Below are positions 11,368 to 24,015 of a DNA stretch of 64,000 nt, piece after piece; within the stretch, counting starts at the first letter, position 1; each line of letters opens with the position of its first letter. The stretch comes from Carcharhinus longimanus (taxonomy: Eukaryota). The notes beneath the pieces are model-generated. The model did no database searches, was not told the origin of the DNA, and saw only the letters and a program-made list of their open reading frames with translations. The stretch lies in assembly GCA_030264375.1 (NCBI GenBank), contig JASCQW010000027.1, positions 73,979,277 through 74,043,276 on the forward strand, written 5' to 3'. A program made the position numbers and the translations under genes.

Positions 11368-12207
11368 GTAAACAGATCGATTTGATAAGGAAATGTGCTA
11401 GCACTAGTAGAGAATGGTCTGGTGCCTGCAGCATGTATTTTTGCTTATACATAACATAAGTACATTTTAAGTTTGTATTTCATTGCTGAGTAGTTTTTTA
11501 ACTTAGGCAATAATGGTATTTCTGCAGTAATAGTTTGGGCACTAATATTGACAAGGAGAACTTTGTTCACATTTTTCATTTTTTTTCAGAAACACCATGT
11601 TTTACAGAACAGTAATTGCAGTAAACATTTACAATTGTCATCTGTTTAAATGTGTTTGATGCGTTGCGTGTAAACTAGAGTTAATTGGTTATATGTGAAG
11701 AAATTAATTTCTTTCCCATCACTTTTTCTATGTGACAGTTGCGTAATGTTACATAAGTATAAATTTGTGCTGCCTTGAAGAGGCCAGTGAAGTGTGAAAG
11801 ATGAAAAGAATTTGAAGTTCAGTATTGGGAATTCAGCCTTGAGGTGTGCTTCACCGAAAATTATACTTCAGGCATTAAATTGTATTTGATTTGACCGGAT
11901 GCCTAAAAGGAATGGTTTAGATTTAGTTTTGTTATTTTAGTTCTCTATTCCAATCTAACCTTGAAGAATAGCACCTCTTCTTTCAATTGGACGTTTTACA
12001 GGCTTTTAGGCTTAACATAGTTGAATATATATTTGAATGTACTTTAGCTCTTAACTACCACTCCCACTTTTTCAGATATTTTCTTGTGTTAGAACTATAG
12101 AATCCTACACTGCAGAAAGAGGCCATTTGCTGCATTGAGTCTGCACTGAGCACAATCCCACCCAGGCCCTAGCCCCAAAACCCCATACATTTACCTCATG
12201 CCAGTTT

Positions 12208-12862
12208 CTACAAATATATAAAATGAAAAAGAGTGGCTAAAGTAAATATTGGTCCTTTAGAGGATGAGAAGGGGGATGTAATAACTGGAAATGAGAAAAT
12301 GGCTGAAGCATTGAACAAGTATTTTATGTTGGTCTTCACAATGGAAGACACAAATAACATGCCAAAAATTGATGACAGGAAGGCTATGTCAGGTGAGAAC
12401 CTAGAAACTTTCGTTATCACTAAAGGGGTAGTGTTGGGCATGTCAATGGGGCTAAAAGTAGACAAGTCTCCTGGTCCTGATGGAATGCATCCCAGGGTAC
12501 TAAAATAGATAGCAGGAGAAATAACAAATGCACTAGTGGTAATTTACCAAAATTTACTGGACTCTAGGGTGGTTCCCACAGATTGGAAAATAGCAAATGT
12601 GACGCCACTGTTTGAAAAAGGAAGTAGACAAAAGGCAGGTAACTGTAGGCTGGTTAGCTTAACCTCTGTAGTAGGGAAAATGTGTGAATCCATCATCAAG
12701 GAAGAAATAGCGAGACATCTGGATATAAATTGTCCCATTGGTAAGATGTAGCATAGGTTCACGAAAGGAAGGTCATGTTTTATTAATTTGGTGGAATTCT
12801 TTGAGAACATTACATGTGCAGTGGACAATAGGGAACCTGTGGATGTGGTGTATCTGGATTTC
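12208..12862 (+). mobile_element. CR1 LINE ORF2 fragment
   Basis: KMAEALNKYF...KSPGPDGMHPRVLK...DWKIANVTPLF...VSLTSVVGK...VDVVYLDF; ends at a gap. Confidence 0.92.
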
Positions 12863-14040
12863 NNNNNNNNNNNNNNNNNNNNNNNNNNNNNNNNNNNNNN
12901 NNNNNNNNNNNNNNNNNNNNNNNNNNNNNNNNNNNNNNNNNNNNNNNNNNNNNNNNNNNNNNGGATTATGCAGGGGTGGTGGGTGTGCAGAGATGGGTCA
13001 TGCAGTGGGGTGGGATCATGTGGGGGCTGGTCTTGCAGGAAGGATCGTGCAGGGGGCTGTGCAGATGTGGGTCACAGAGGGGGTCGTGATGAGGGGGGTA
13101 TGTCGGGAATCCACTAGAGGACTCAACAGGAGGGTCCTGCTGGCCCGATGCTGGTGTCGGTGTGAGGCTAACAACATGGGGGAATAATAATGCCGCTGAT
13201 GAAGTGGGTGGTTTGATGTCCATGGGGGTGCGGTGTGAGGACGTCTCCCGTGGAATCGTGCCCAAGCACTTTGAAGCCAGCTTCACGGACATATTTAGGC
13301 CCTGCCCTCCAGCAATGCAACCCACCACCACATACCGACACAAAGCCTCCCAGCTGTCAAAGTCATTGACAGAGAGCCGGAAGATTCTAGTGCTGAGCTT
13401 GCTGAAAACGCCGGCACTGAGGATTCCGTTTATCTTGCCGTTGTGATGCTTGGAAATTTTAGGGGGATCTTTTGCCTGTTATCATGACACTTGAGGTTTT
13501 CTTTATATAAACCAAAATTTTTTTTGTTTATTTTCACATTCTCTCTTAATCCAATCCTTTTTCATGATTTTCTGTCCTCAATTTGACATTGAATTCACCA
13601 TTCTGACCTATGCTTCTGTGTTCAGACCTTACACTCTTCATTTCATGCTCCTTCAAGCTGATCTGTTAAGGAAGTTTGCAGTTTCTTACTCTGTTGATTG
13701 AGGTTCCAAAGAACCCGTAGAAGATGTTGCACTGCTTCCATCTCATATTTATAGAGGCGTGTAAGATATTGTGTCGATTAAGAGAGCAAGAGTAACCCTA
13801 ACTAACAGCAAGTGCTGTTTGTTGGCCTAACACAGCAGTTTTTGAATAATTTTATTTTTCTCTAAATGTTTTATGCAAATTCTAAGCATTCACATAATTT
13901 TATTGAATACATAGTTTATCTATTGGCCAGAAACTTTTAAAACCCTTCCATCCTTTTCCAATTATGCAGCCATGGCATAATTTTTTTTTGTACTTTTATT
14001 TCAGAATATCCTGATAAGAGTCATCAGTTGAATCATCAGT

Positions 14041-14346
14041 TTTGACAAATTTATTGGAATTCTATGAGGATGTGACTAGTGCGGTAGACAGAGGTGGATG
14101 TAGTGTTTCTCGATTTTCAAAAGGCGTTTGATAAGGTGCCGCACAAAAGGTTGCTTCAGAAGGTTAGGGNNNNNNNNNNNNNNNNNNNNNNNNNNNNNNN
14201 NNNNNNNNNNNNNNNNNNNNNNNNNNNNNNNNNNNNNNNNNNNNNNNNNNNNNNNNNNNNNNNNNNNNNTATTGAATGGCGGGGCAGGCTCAAAGGGCTA
14301 GATGGCCTACTCCTGCTCCTACTTCTTATGTTCTTATGTTCTTATG
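14041..14346 (+). mobile_element. CR1 LINE fragment spanning a gap
   Basis: DVVFLDFQKAFDKVPHKRLL, then a (ttcttatg)n 3' tail. Confidence 0.88.
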
Positions 14347-15032
14347 ACAACAATCAAATTCAGAATGAAATGGTAGTTTATACGTACAGTGCCCAACCAG
14401 CCTGAAGATAAACTTGTTACAGGTACAAAGGTTAACTCAACAATTGATGTGCTCATTAAAGATATCTCAGAATTTGATTAGTGTCAAAATAATCTTGGTT
14501 TTATATATTAAATTAACATTATGTTAAGTTAATGTTGCACCATTGGATTATATTGAATTATTGCTAACATTTTTTATTATTGTGGAGAAGTGTGAATACA
14601 CTGATGTTGTCGTACTTTTCAATACTCCATAAACAGCAGAGGCTTTCTCTTCCTATCAACTTGTGTAAACTGTACGGGTCTGTTTATGTAGTAGTGTTTT
14701 GTTGGTTAGTATCTGCTTTGCTCTATTAGTTTTTCTGTGCAAGCTGTCTATTTTAAGAATTTAAGTAGAACGTTTCCTGTTCTGTGTTCTTGCAATGCTG
14801 AACATAATTTCAAGGGCTTTGCTTGTACTTCCTGAACAAAAACTGTTGCTGTTTCCAGTTCTGTGGGTGGATGCTTGAGTTTGACATGAACTCACATGAT
14901 CTGCCTCTTTTTTTTCTTTTCCACCTCAACAATGGACTTGATTAAATGAAAGAATAGGTGCATCAGTTTTGTTGTGAACACAGTTTTTGGCTGCTTACTT
15001 TATCTTGAACCACTGTTTATTCACTATTTTTA

Positions 15033-15377
15033 GAACCATAGAACACCACAGTGCAGAAAGAGGCCCTTCGGCCCATCAAGTCTGCGCCAAACACAATCCC
15101 ACCCAGGCCCTACCCCCATATCTCTACATAAATCCCGTACACTAATCCCTCTAACCTACACATCCCTGGACACGAAGGGCCAATTTCTTAGCATGGCCAA
15201 TCAACCTAACCCACACATCTTTGGACTGTGGGAGGAAACCGGAGCACCCGGAGGAAACCCACAAAGACACGAGGAGAATGTGCAAACTCCACACAGATAG
15301 TGACCTGAGCTGGGAATTGAACCCAGGACGCTGGAGCTGTGAAGCAGCTGTGCTAACCACTGTGCTACTGTGCCGCC
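15033..15377 (-). mobile_element. HE1-type V-SINE
   Basis: Full head, V-domain and tail on the minus strand. Confidence 0.9.
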
Positions 15378-16704
15378 GTTGTTGGCACGGTAGCAAAGTG
15401 GTTAGCACAGTGTCCTTTGTTTTTGGGCCAGCACGTAAACAGCACTTTTTGTGTCTCTTTTTTTAATCATTAATGGAATACAACAGAAAGGAAAGCAATT
15501 TTACTAAACCTGACTTTATAAAAGATTTTACAATCAATTATAAAACCTGTTGCAATCTCTTCACAATTTGTGTGCAATCTGAAAAAATGAAATGTTTGTA
15601 TCTATATCTAGTACCTTGGTGCATCTTTCAATAATGTCCCAAGAGCCACGTGCACAATTAACTTCAATGTTCACACAATGAATTAATTTAAAGCCTCCTG
15701 CTCATCTGCACTCCCAATGTCTTCAGCACTGCATCTATCAGTCTGAATTACTCAGTTTGCCCTTGTAATCAGTTTGCTGGAATGCCCATTGCAACAATTT
15801 TCTCCGTGAAGCTTCCCTATAGGACACAGCCTGCTTCAAGAATAGATTGCCAGTACCACATGGTCTGTAACAATCCCATCTAAGCTTCCTGTTGTATAAA
15901 AAGCTCAATGGCCACACCAAGAAAAAGCAGGAGAGAGCAATGCTGGGCACAGGAACTAGCACTGAAGTAATTCAGATGAGATGCATAGGTAAATTTATGC
16001 CTTGCTCACCTTGGTCAAGTTAAAGTAGGCACATCTAAAAATCGGGTACCTCAATCACGTCCTAAATATTAAGTTGACTGAGCTACCAAGGTTTCACATG
16101 TTTCTTTCTCTATGAAGTCATATTAACTTCTTTGAACACCACAAGAATTGAAGATTTACCATATTTATTTGCTATCTCTACAGCTTATTTCAATGCAACA
16201 GATTCTAAATGTGGCATTCCTGATGTAAACGGACAGGGACAAATGGTGTTGTATATACTCGGTGACCAGGCAGGCTGACAAGTGATGGTATAGTTTGTTA
16301 CCAGAAATTCTAAAGTGTGCAAACAGGATTTCAATTTCCAGTCACCAGACCACAAGTCTCATGGCACAAATTGTGGAAGTGAAAATCTTGAGAGAACTAT
16401 CCCACAAAATATGCACAAATAGATGCAATTTATCAATCTTTTGTTATAGATCCACCACTTTCGGTTTTCTTTTTTATCTCTTTCAGTCATACTCAATCAA
16501 TTTCAGTTTGGCATAAATGCTACGAACTGCTGATTGTATTCACAGTGTTATCTTACAAAAAATCAAAATGCTTCACAAATTCATTGAATGCTTATGAAGT
16601 AACTCAAAGGTGTTCTGTTAGATAAAAGCTGATGATTCAAACAATTCTTCATCTTCTGTTTTCTGCCACAAATTCACTTGTAAGTCCTTATCTTCTAATA
16701 GAGT

Positions 16705-17050
16705 GACACGGTGGTTAGCACTACTGCCTCAGTGCCAAGGACCCAATTCCAGCCTGGGGTGATTGAATCTGTGGAGCTTGCATGTTTTCTCTGTGCATGG
16801 GATTTCTCCGGGTGTCCTGGTTTCCTCCCACAGTCCAATGATGTGCAGGTTAGGTGGACTGACCATGCTAAATTGTCCCTTAGTGTCTCAAGATGTGTAA
16901 CATAGGGAGATTAGTCATGTAAATATGTGGGGTTATGGAGATAGGGCAGGGAGGGTGGTTCTGGATGAGTTGTTCTGTCGGAGAGCTAGTGTAGACTTGA
17001 TGAGCTGAACGGCCTCTTTCTGCACTATAGAAATTTTGTGATTCTATGAA
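16705..17050 (+). mobile_element. HE1-type V-SINE
   Basis: ggtggttagcactactgcctc...ctccgggtgtcctggtttcctcccacagtcc...attctatga. Confidence 0.88.
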
Positions 17051-17249
17051 CTGTCTCAACACAAAAGTTTGCCTGTGTTTGCAGCACAGCGGGCTGATTG
17101 GGTTTGGCCTACTTGTCTGATCAGTGCTCCTCTGCTGAATTTGGAAAGGCATCAACCATGAGGAAAACATGCCTAGAGAACTTGACATGTTGCATACTTG
17201 GCTGGAGATCAAAAAATCTGGAGACACAGCAGCTCTTCAAGATTGCAGT

Positions 17250-18600
17250 TAGTCATCAAAATGAAAGCTATCGTGGGCACATAATGCCACAGCTGAGGTG
17301 TGGGCAGCATTGCTCCATTTCTTGCTGAGAACAAAAGGTCGTAAATGCTCCCAAGAGCGATTCCATTTGTGTCTGAAGATCACCATCCAATCAAGGAACA
17401 GTTGTGAGCTGCAGAAAGGGAGGTTATTGACAGAGTCCATGCTGTTACCCAGGTCTCCTGGATATGATGAAGACATTTCCTAGAGAAAGGCACAAGTGAA
17501 TGTATTTCTCTACTTTGCGCATTTTCTTGTCCTTCCCACCAAGCACAGCACAACCCTAAGTTGAGACTTTCTGTGCACTGAGAGCTAACATTTCCAGCAT
17601 TGTATATCACCATGGCACTTTTGCACACGTTCTTTCATTGTGCGAAAGACAACTTGGTGGTGGAAGCCAGCAGCTGCTTGACATTCTATCTAAGATGTTC
17701 CTCTACACTTTGGGGGATTCATAGAATCATAGAATCCTACAGTGCAGAAGGAAGTCATTCAGCCCATCGAGTCTACACCAACCACAATCCCACACAGGCC
17801 CTATCGCCATAACTCCAGGCATTTACCCTACCTAGTCTTCCCGACATTAAGGGGCAATTTAACATGGCCAGTCCACCTAACCCACACATCTTTGGGCTGT
17901 GGGAGGAAACCTGTGCAGACAAGGAGAAAACATGCAAATTCCACACAGACAGTGACCAAAACCGGGAATCAAACCTGCGTCCCTGGTGCTGTGAGGCAGA
18001 GGTGCAAACCATTGTGCCACCGTGTCACCCTTTTCATTGTCTCCTTTTTACCATTCCCCTCATCCCTCCAGCATTCCTTTATTGTACCAAAATGCAGATC
18101 CTATGTAGCTTCAAATGAAAGCAAGATGACTGCTTCCTGGATTACAGTTCCTGACATACACAATGATGTTTCTGTGGTCAGATACCCACCTGAATAGTGA
18201 ACGAAATAGGCCATCAAGCTTCTTGTAGGAGCTCCAGTGCTCACATGGAGGGCAACTGTAACCCCTTTTGTAATTGGGGGAAGCCTATCATCTGGTGAGC
18301 AATCTGCATTTTGTCCTCCTGGGCTTCACAGGGAAAGTGACAAAGATGTTTCCCTTTGGCATGACCCCATGTCAGTCTGTTACTTCATACTGCTATGACT
18401 ATTTCACATGCCACATATTCCTGAGTTGTTTGGAAGGATCTGATAGCAGAACATGTTTATGCTTGGGTAACTTTACATTTGCCAGAAAGTTCTGTCCCTG
18501 TTCCAAATGCTTTCTGCAGATGATCCTGCAGCAGATGATACAACGCTCTGTATGTCTTGTGAAGTGGAAGTAGTAAATATTGTTTTCCTTTGACATCTTA
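17250..18600 (-). mobile_element. Degenerate PIF/Harbinger transposase remnant (interrupted by a SINE)
   Basis: Minus strand: IGFP..., IQV.SDHRNII, NPGSSHLAFI (cf. NVQLVCD...PGSxHDAFIL), AAHN. Confidence 0.55.
17720..18027 (-). mobile_element. HE1-type V-SINE
   Basis: catagaatcatagaatcc tail...gggaggaaacc...gtgccaccgtg. Confidence 0.88.
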
Positions 18601-21059
18601 AGATCGATGTGGCAGGGCTCTGTAAATACACACCCCAGGACAGTGGTGAGTGCTGGCACGTAGCCACTTCATTTGATGACCTTATAAACTACTCAGAAGC
18701 CAGGAAAGAAATGCTGGTGCCCAAACCTTTATGTGGTGCTATCAAATTGTCTGCTGCAATTAAGACTGTTGAAGGAAAACTTTGTCAATAAAATGCCCCA
18801 AATTGGCAGAGATCCTCTCAAAAACAACAAAACAGCAAAACATGATAAATTGACCTGGAAATGCAATCAAGCTTGCTAACACTAATATGTGTGTGTTACT
18901 GGTCTGTAAGAAGAAGGCCAGGATTTCCTGGTGCTGCCCTGCCATGTGTGTTATCAAAGCAGCTTGCCAGAATCTCATCCCGCTATTCTGCATCAAAAGG
19001 CCATACCAGTGTTTAATTAGACCGATGAAATTCACAACCATATATAAGTGATGTGCACCTGGCAACCGATACTTCAGTCTTGACTTGGAGGTTTGCTCAC
19101 TTACNNNNNNNNNNCAGCCCTCAGACACCACTTCACTTTCACGAGAGGGGTTAAGAGGCAAGGCTCTCAGACTAGCGATAAGCGGTATTGGGCCAAAATG
19201 TGCTGCTGGTCAAATGCTCAACTGGGAGAGGGAAGACAAGATGACAAGACTAAGAGAAAAGGCTGAAGGGCAAGGGCTTGACTGAAGGGCTGGGAAGGCA
19301 AGACAGAGGTAATGGAGGAGGTCAGAGGACTAGGTCAACAATGTAAAAACTCCTTATGTGTCACTACAATGGTGATACCATGAGGCTAGACTTGGGCAAA
19401 GGCAGGTGAGGACACTTAACAGGTGCTTACTCTTGCTTAAAGCTAACTTGTTCGAGTCCTCAGCATTACCTTCACTCCCATTACACTGAGNNNNNNNNNN
19501 NNNNNNNNNNNNNNNNNNNNNNNNNNNNNNNNNNNNNNNNNNNNNNNNNNNNNNNNNNNNNNNNNNNNNNNNNNNNNNNNNNNNNNNNNNNNNNNNNNNN
19601 NNNNNNNNNNNNNNNNNNNNNNNNNNNNNNNNNNNNNNNNNNNNNNNNNNNNNNNNNNNNNNNNNNNNNNNNNNNNNNNNNNNNNNNNNNNNNNNNNNNN
19701 NNNNNNNNNNNNNNNNNNNNNNNNNNNNNNNNNNNNNNNNNNNNNNNNNNNNNNNNNNNNNNNNNNNNNNNNNNNNNNNNNNNNNNNNNNNNNNNNNNNN
19801 NNNNNNNNNNCCTTGATAGTGTACTCGTTCATCCCGTTGGTTCTGCCAAAATGGACGACTACACATTTATCCGCGTTGAAGTCCATTATCTTCCCATCAA
19901 GTTAACATATGAACATCGAGACCATGTTTAACACTTCCATTGGCCATGTGGATGTTGCATTGCTGAGCTTGGCAAATGTATAAGGGAGGGCCCACTAAGC
20001 AGAATGAATGGGCCAGTGCTACTTTTTTTTTTGACAACAGCTTTGTAAGCACAATGCAGACAATTCCAAAGTGCAAAATGGTAAAAGCTGAAGCTTTGAG
20101 AGCCAGGTTAAAACTATACCTGTTGGGACCAGAGCAGCGGGAAACTGGGAAGGTGCACACTTTTATTGGTCAGTTTAGCAGATGCACACTCATAGAGTCG
20201 ACAATGTGCAAAGTTGGCAGGAGATCCCTGAGTGTGGGCTTTTCGATTACAAACCCTCATGGATGACAGAGGGCATGGAGTTCAAATAAGGGTTCTTTGT
20301 CTTCATTTCCACCTGCATCTGCGCTTATTGAACTGAATAGGGATACACACTGTGATAAGATGGTTCTACGTAACATTGATAAGAGGCACATGATGCAACA
20401 AATGGTAGGAGGGAACATGGTGTGATATCTGATTGAACACTGAGCAACTCAGCATATAGAGGAGGGATCCACAAGACGAGATGTGGAATGGGTGCAATTC
20501 TATTTCTATTGGTGGAAAGTATGTACATGTGGTGAACACCTGTGATACCATTGTGCTTCTAATATTTCTTGATCTTTCTAACCCCAATACTAAATCCCAA
20601 CTTGCATAGCCTGCTGACTGCTATGCTGTGTTGTTTGTAATGACTTGGAGGGTCCTGGCCTATGGAGCTGGAGGTGATGGAGTCACTGGCAGAGGGGATT
20701 GGGATTGGCTGGGCACCCCTGGGGTTACCTGGATGGATGACACCAGAGGTGTCCAGCTGGTGGTTCCCATTCCCATGGGTGCTCCCTCTTACCATGGGTG
20801 AGCGTGACCTGTGTGAAAGCAGATGGTGAGACTGAGCAGGTAGCATGTCAAGAGAAATGATAAAGATGCCTGCATTATGTGGGTGCTGAGTATAGCTGTG
20901 TATAGGATGAGGACGCAAACTGCACAGGACGTGAGCCCAGATGGAGGCATCCAGAGTGTATATGGGAGAGTGAGTGGTGATATTCTTTGTGCTGCTAGTA
21001 TGAAAGATCCCTTGTGGACTACTGATGGGCAATCTAGGCTGGTAATTGGGATACATGAA

Positions 21060-21750
21060 TGACCCTCCTTCATCTTAGTGGCCCCAAGATTGAAATCAGG
21101 CTTGTTCACTAACCATGACCCAATGAATAAGATTCAATACATTTAATACTTAATGAGTTACAGAAAATTCTAAACCGTTGATCTGTTAATTGAACTATCC
21201 TCAACTTCAGATGGTAGAAACAAAAGAAATATTGGCACAGTGGTTAGCATTGCTTCTTCACAGAGCTAAGGTCCCAGGTTCAATTCCCGGTTTGGGTCAC
21301 TGTCTATGTGGAGTCTGCATGTTCTCCCCATGCCTGCAAGGGTTTCCTCCAGGTGCTCCGGTTTCCTCCCACAGTCAGAAAGATGTGCTGGTTAAGTGCA
21401 TTGGCCACGCTAAATTCTCCCTCAATGTACCCAAACAGGCACTGGAGCGTAGCGACTCAGGGATTTTCACAGTAATTTCATTTCAGTGTTAATGTAAGCC
21501 TATTTGTGACACCAATAAATACATTTTTAAAAACCCTTAATGTCGAAGGAATGCAATCAAAATGCACCTCGCGAAACTTGCCCTTGCTACAAGTGTGTAT
21601 CACTCCAGTTATATAGGTAGAAGAAAATCTACACAAGTAGAAATCAGCAGAATGTGGCAATCCTGCATGTGGTCAAAGGTCAACAAAATGTCTTGTGGGC
21701 TGCAGTCAGAACCCTGATGGGCTGTATGTCATCCATCACTGCTGTGGACT
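21060..21750. mobile_element. Unclassified interspersed repeat (putative non-autonomous DNA transposon), interrupted by a SINE
   Basis: Two blocks (ggcttgttcactaaccatgaccc...aagattca; ggtcaacaaaatgtcttgtgggc) are shared with 57400-57780. Confidence 0.55.
21233..21525 (+). mobile_element. V-SINE variant with alternative tail
   Basis: ggcacagtggttagc...gggtttcctccaggtgctccgg...gtgttaatgtaagccta...aataaa. Confidence 0.85.
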
Positions 21751-23719
21751 ATCATCCTGCACATGTGTGAGGGGCTTGTGAGAGTGTTAGCTGAGAGGAT
21801 GAGAAGGTTGATTTACCCTGGCTGTGCAGATGGAATTATTCATCTGTTTGCATCACTATATCATTGTTGTCCTGCAGACTGAGGTGGTGCTCACTTCCAT
21901 AGACACTTCTTCCCAAGTCACTGCAATACATCTGTGGAAGCAGAAGTTCCTTCACCAAAATCCCTTTATTTACAATTCTAACTGCAGTACACAGAGTGCC
22001 ATCAGTTAACGGTCTACCTCTGGGGGTGTCAGAGGAATTAACGCTTTCGGTTAAGTACAAGGCAAAGACTCCCTGATTGGCCCATCAATTAGATCCTTAA
22101 TCAGGGAGTTCATACTACAATAGGTCAACCTCAATGGTCTGACTGAAATCATGACAGTCACTGGCCATCCCCAGGGTAGAGAAGGTCATGGTGAGTCCTG
22201 CTAAAGTCTGGAAGGTGAAACATCACTAAATCTGCAGGCTTCACTCTTCCTGCTATCACTCGCCTGGAGTAGCTCTGGGCTACAGCCATTGAAAGATATG
22301 TATGCATATGTGGTTCAAGTATGGTACCCAGAGTGAGGATCTGCTCAGGTCATGGTGGGGCAGGTGACCCACAAGCCATCTGCCAGCTAAATGCATTTTT
22401 TCCAGCTGATGCACATTTAATGAGGCACAAGGTGGGCAATTGGCTGTGAAAAAGCACCGTTGTGATCAGCTTTTCCCGTCCACCACCTTACACTATGGAG
22501 GAGGATATCCCGCCCAAAGGATTATACAAATTCCCAAATCAATCTCAAATTATTTCATCATAAATTAATTACATTTGAAGTTATATGATTCGCTAATTGC
22601 TACCTATCCTCCCCAAAATGTTGTGTTCCTTTGTAATTTTAAACTTAGCTTCCTGTATCCTATTTTATTGGTGAACAAATTATAAACTTCACAGCACAAC
22701 CATGATGGCATACACTTGTTTCAGGCTCAGATAGAAGAAATATTAAAATTGAATACAAAACTAGATGGGATAGATGAGCACATTGACTGCAGCTAACAGG
22801 TGGAAAGCCCTTGGTACTTCTCATGACTTGCCACTGTAATTTTAGCAGTAGTGTCACAGAAGCATTGGAAAAATGGATTGGGATCTAACATGTTGGGTCC
22901 TGGTCTGATGTTGGGGACTTTGTGGAACTGAGTGAAGTTGAATCTCCACCTACCCAACCAGATCAGTTGTGCCAGACAAGCACAGGGTTAGGAGAATCCC
23001 TACTACTTCTGTTCCAACAATAATTTGGATTTGGAAACGCAATTTAATTTGGTCAAATTTACAGATAACACAAAACCAGGAATGCCAGTGGGAATCAAAC
23101 AAATAGGTAAATTAAGGAAATTACTAAAACTTACATTGTGGCAGAAGACTAAAGGGTTTTACAGGTTTAAACTGGTAAAAGGCAAATTTAGGACTGATCA
23201 CAGAAGTAAAATACTCTTTTCCCCACCAAGAGAGGAACAGGCTTTAAAAATTTACTGCCGGCTCAGATTTTCAGGCTTTGGACAGTAATGTACCCAACTG
23301 AGCTCCCGAGTGCATGTTTTCCAATCAAGTGAAGGGAACAGGTTTAACTCACAAAATCAAATGGTACCAAGTTATCAAACTAACTGTGTGGGAGCAGCCA
23401 CAGAAGCAATGAATGTTTTCTTAGTCTTTCAGAAGCACAAGATTTTAAAAAACACATTTTCCTACTCTTCAATTTTACTCCCTCCTGTTGGAAGAACAGC
23501 GACTCCAGTGCTTTACCCAAGTGATTGTCTATTCATGACTCTAGCTGGTGATTGAGTAATGGGGGTAAACCTGATCCTCTTCTCACTTGCTGTCCACACC
23601 TGGGGCTGTATTTCATATTTTTCAGCAGGGTGGGGAAGGTGTGAGTGCTGCAATTACTCTCACCGGTGTCTACACGTGCTCAGATCACCCAATTAATAAT
23701 TTACAATTCACATGTGCAA

Positions 23720-24015
23720 CAGCATGGTGGCACAGTGGTTAGCACTGCTAGCTCACGGAGCAAGGGTCCCAGGTTCAATTCTGGCCTTGGGTCACTGTCT
23801 GTGTGGAGTTTGCATTTTCTCCCTGTGTCTGCGTGGATTTCCTCTGGATGCTCCGGTTTCCACCCACAGCCCAAAGATGTGCGGGTTAGGTTGATTGGCC
23901 ATGATAAATTGCCCCTTCGAGTCAGGGATTAACAGGGTAAATGCATGCAGTTACAGAAATAAGGCCTGGGTGGGATAGTCGTCAGTATAGACTCTGTATT
24001 GTATGGTTTCTATGA
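23720..24015 (+). mobile_element. HE1-type V-SINE
   Basis: ggtggcacagtggttagcactgc...V-domain...tail. Confidence 0.9.

Noticed and set aside
15538-15580. Minus-strand acceptor followed by (D)CTQIVKRLQQVL*
   Set aside because: No linkable upstream exons or recognisable protein; likely chance.
23720-23800. tRNA-like A/B boxes
   Set aside because: These are SINE heads, not tRNA genes: no full cloverleaf, and they continue into the V-domain.
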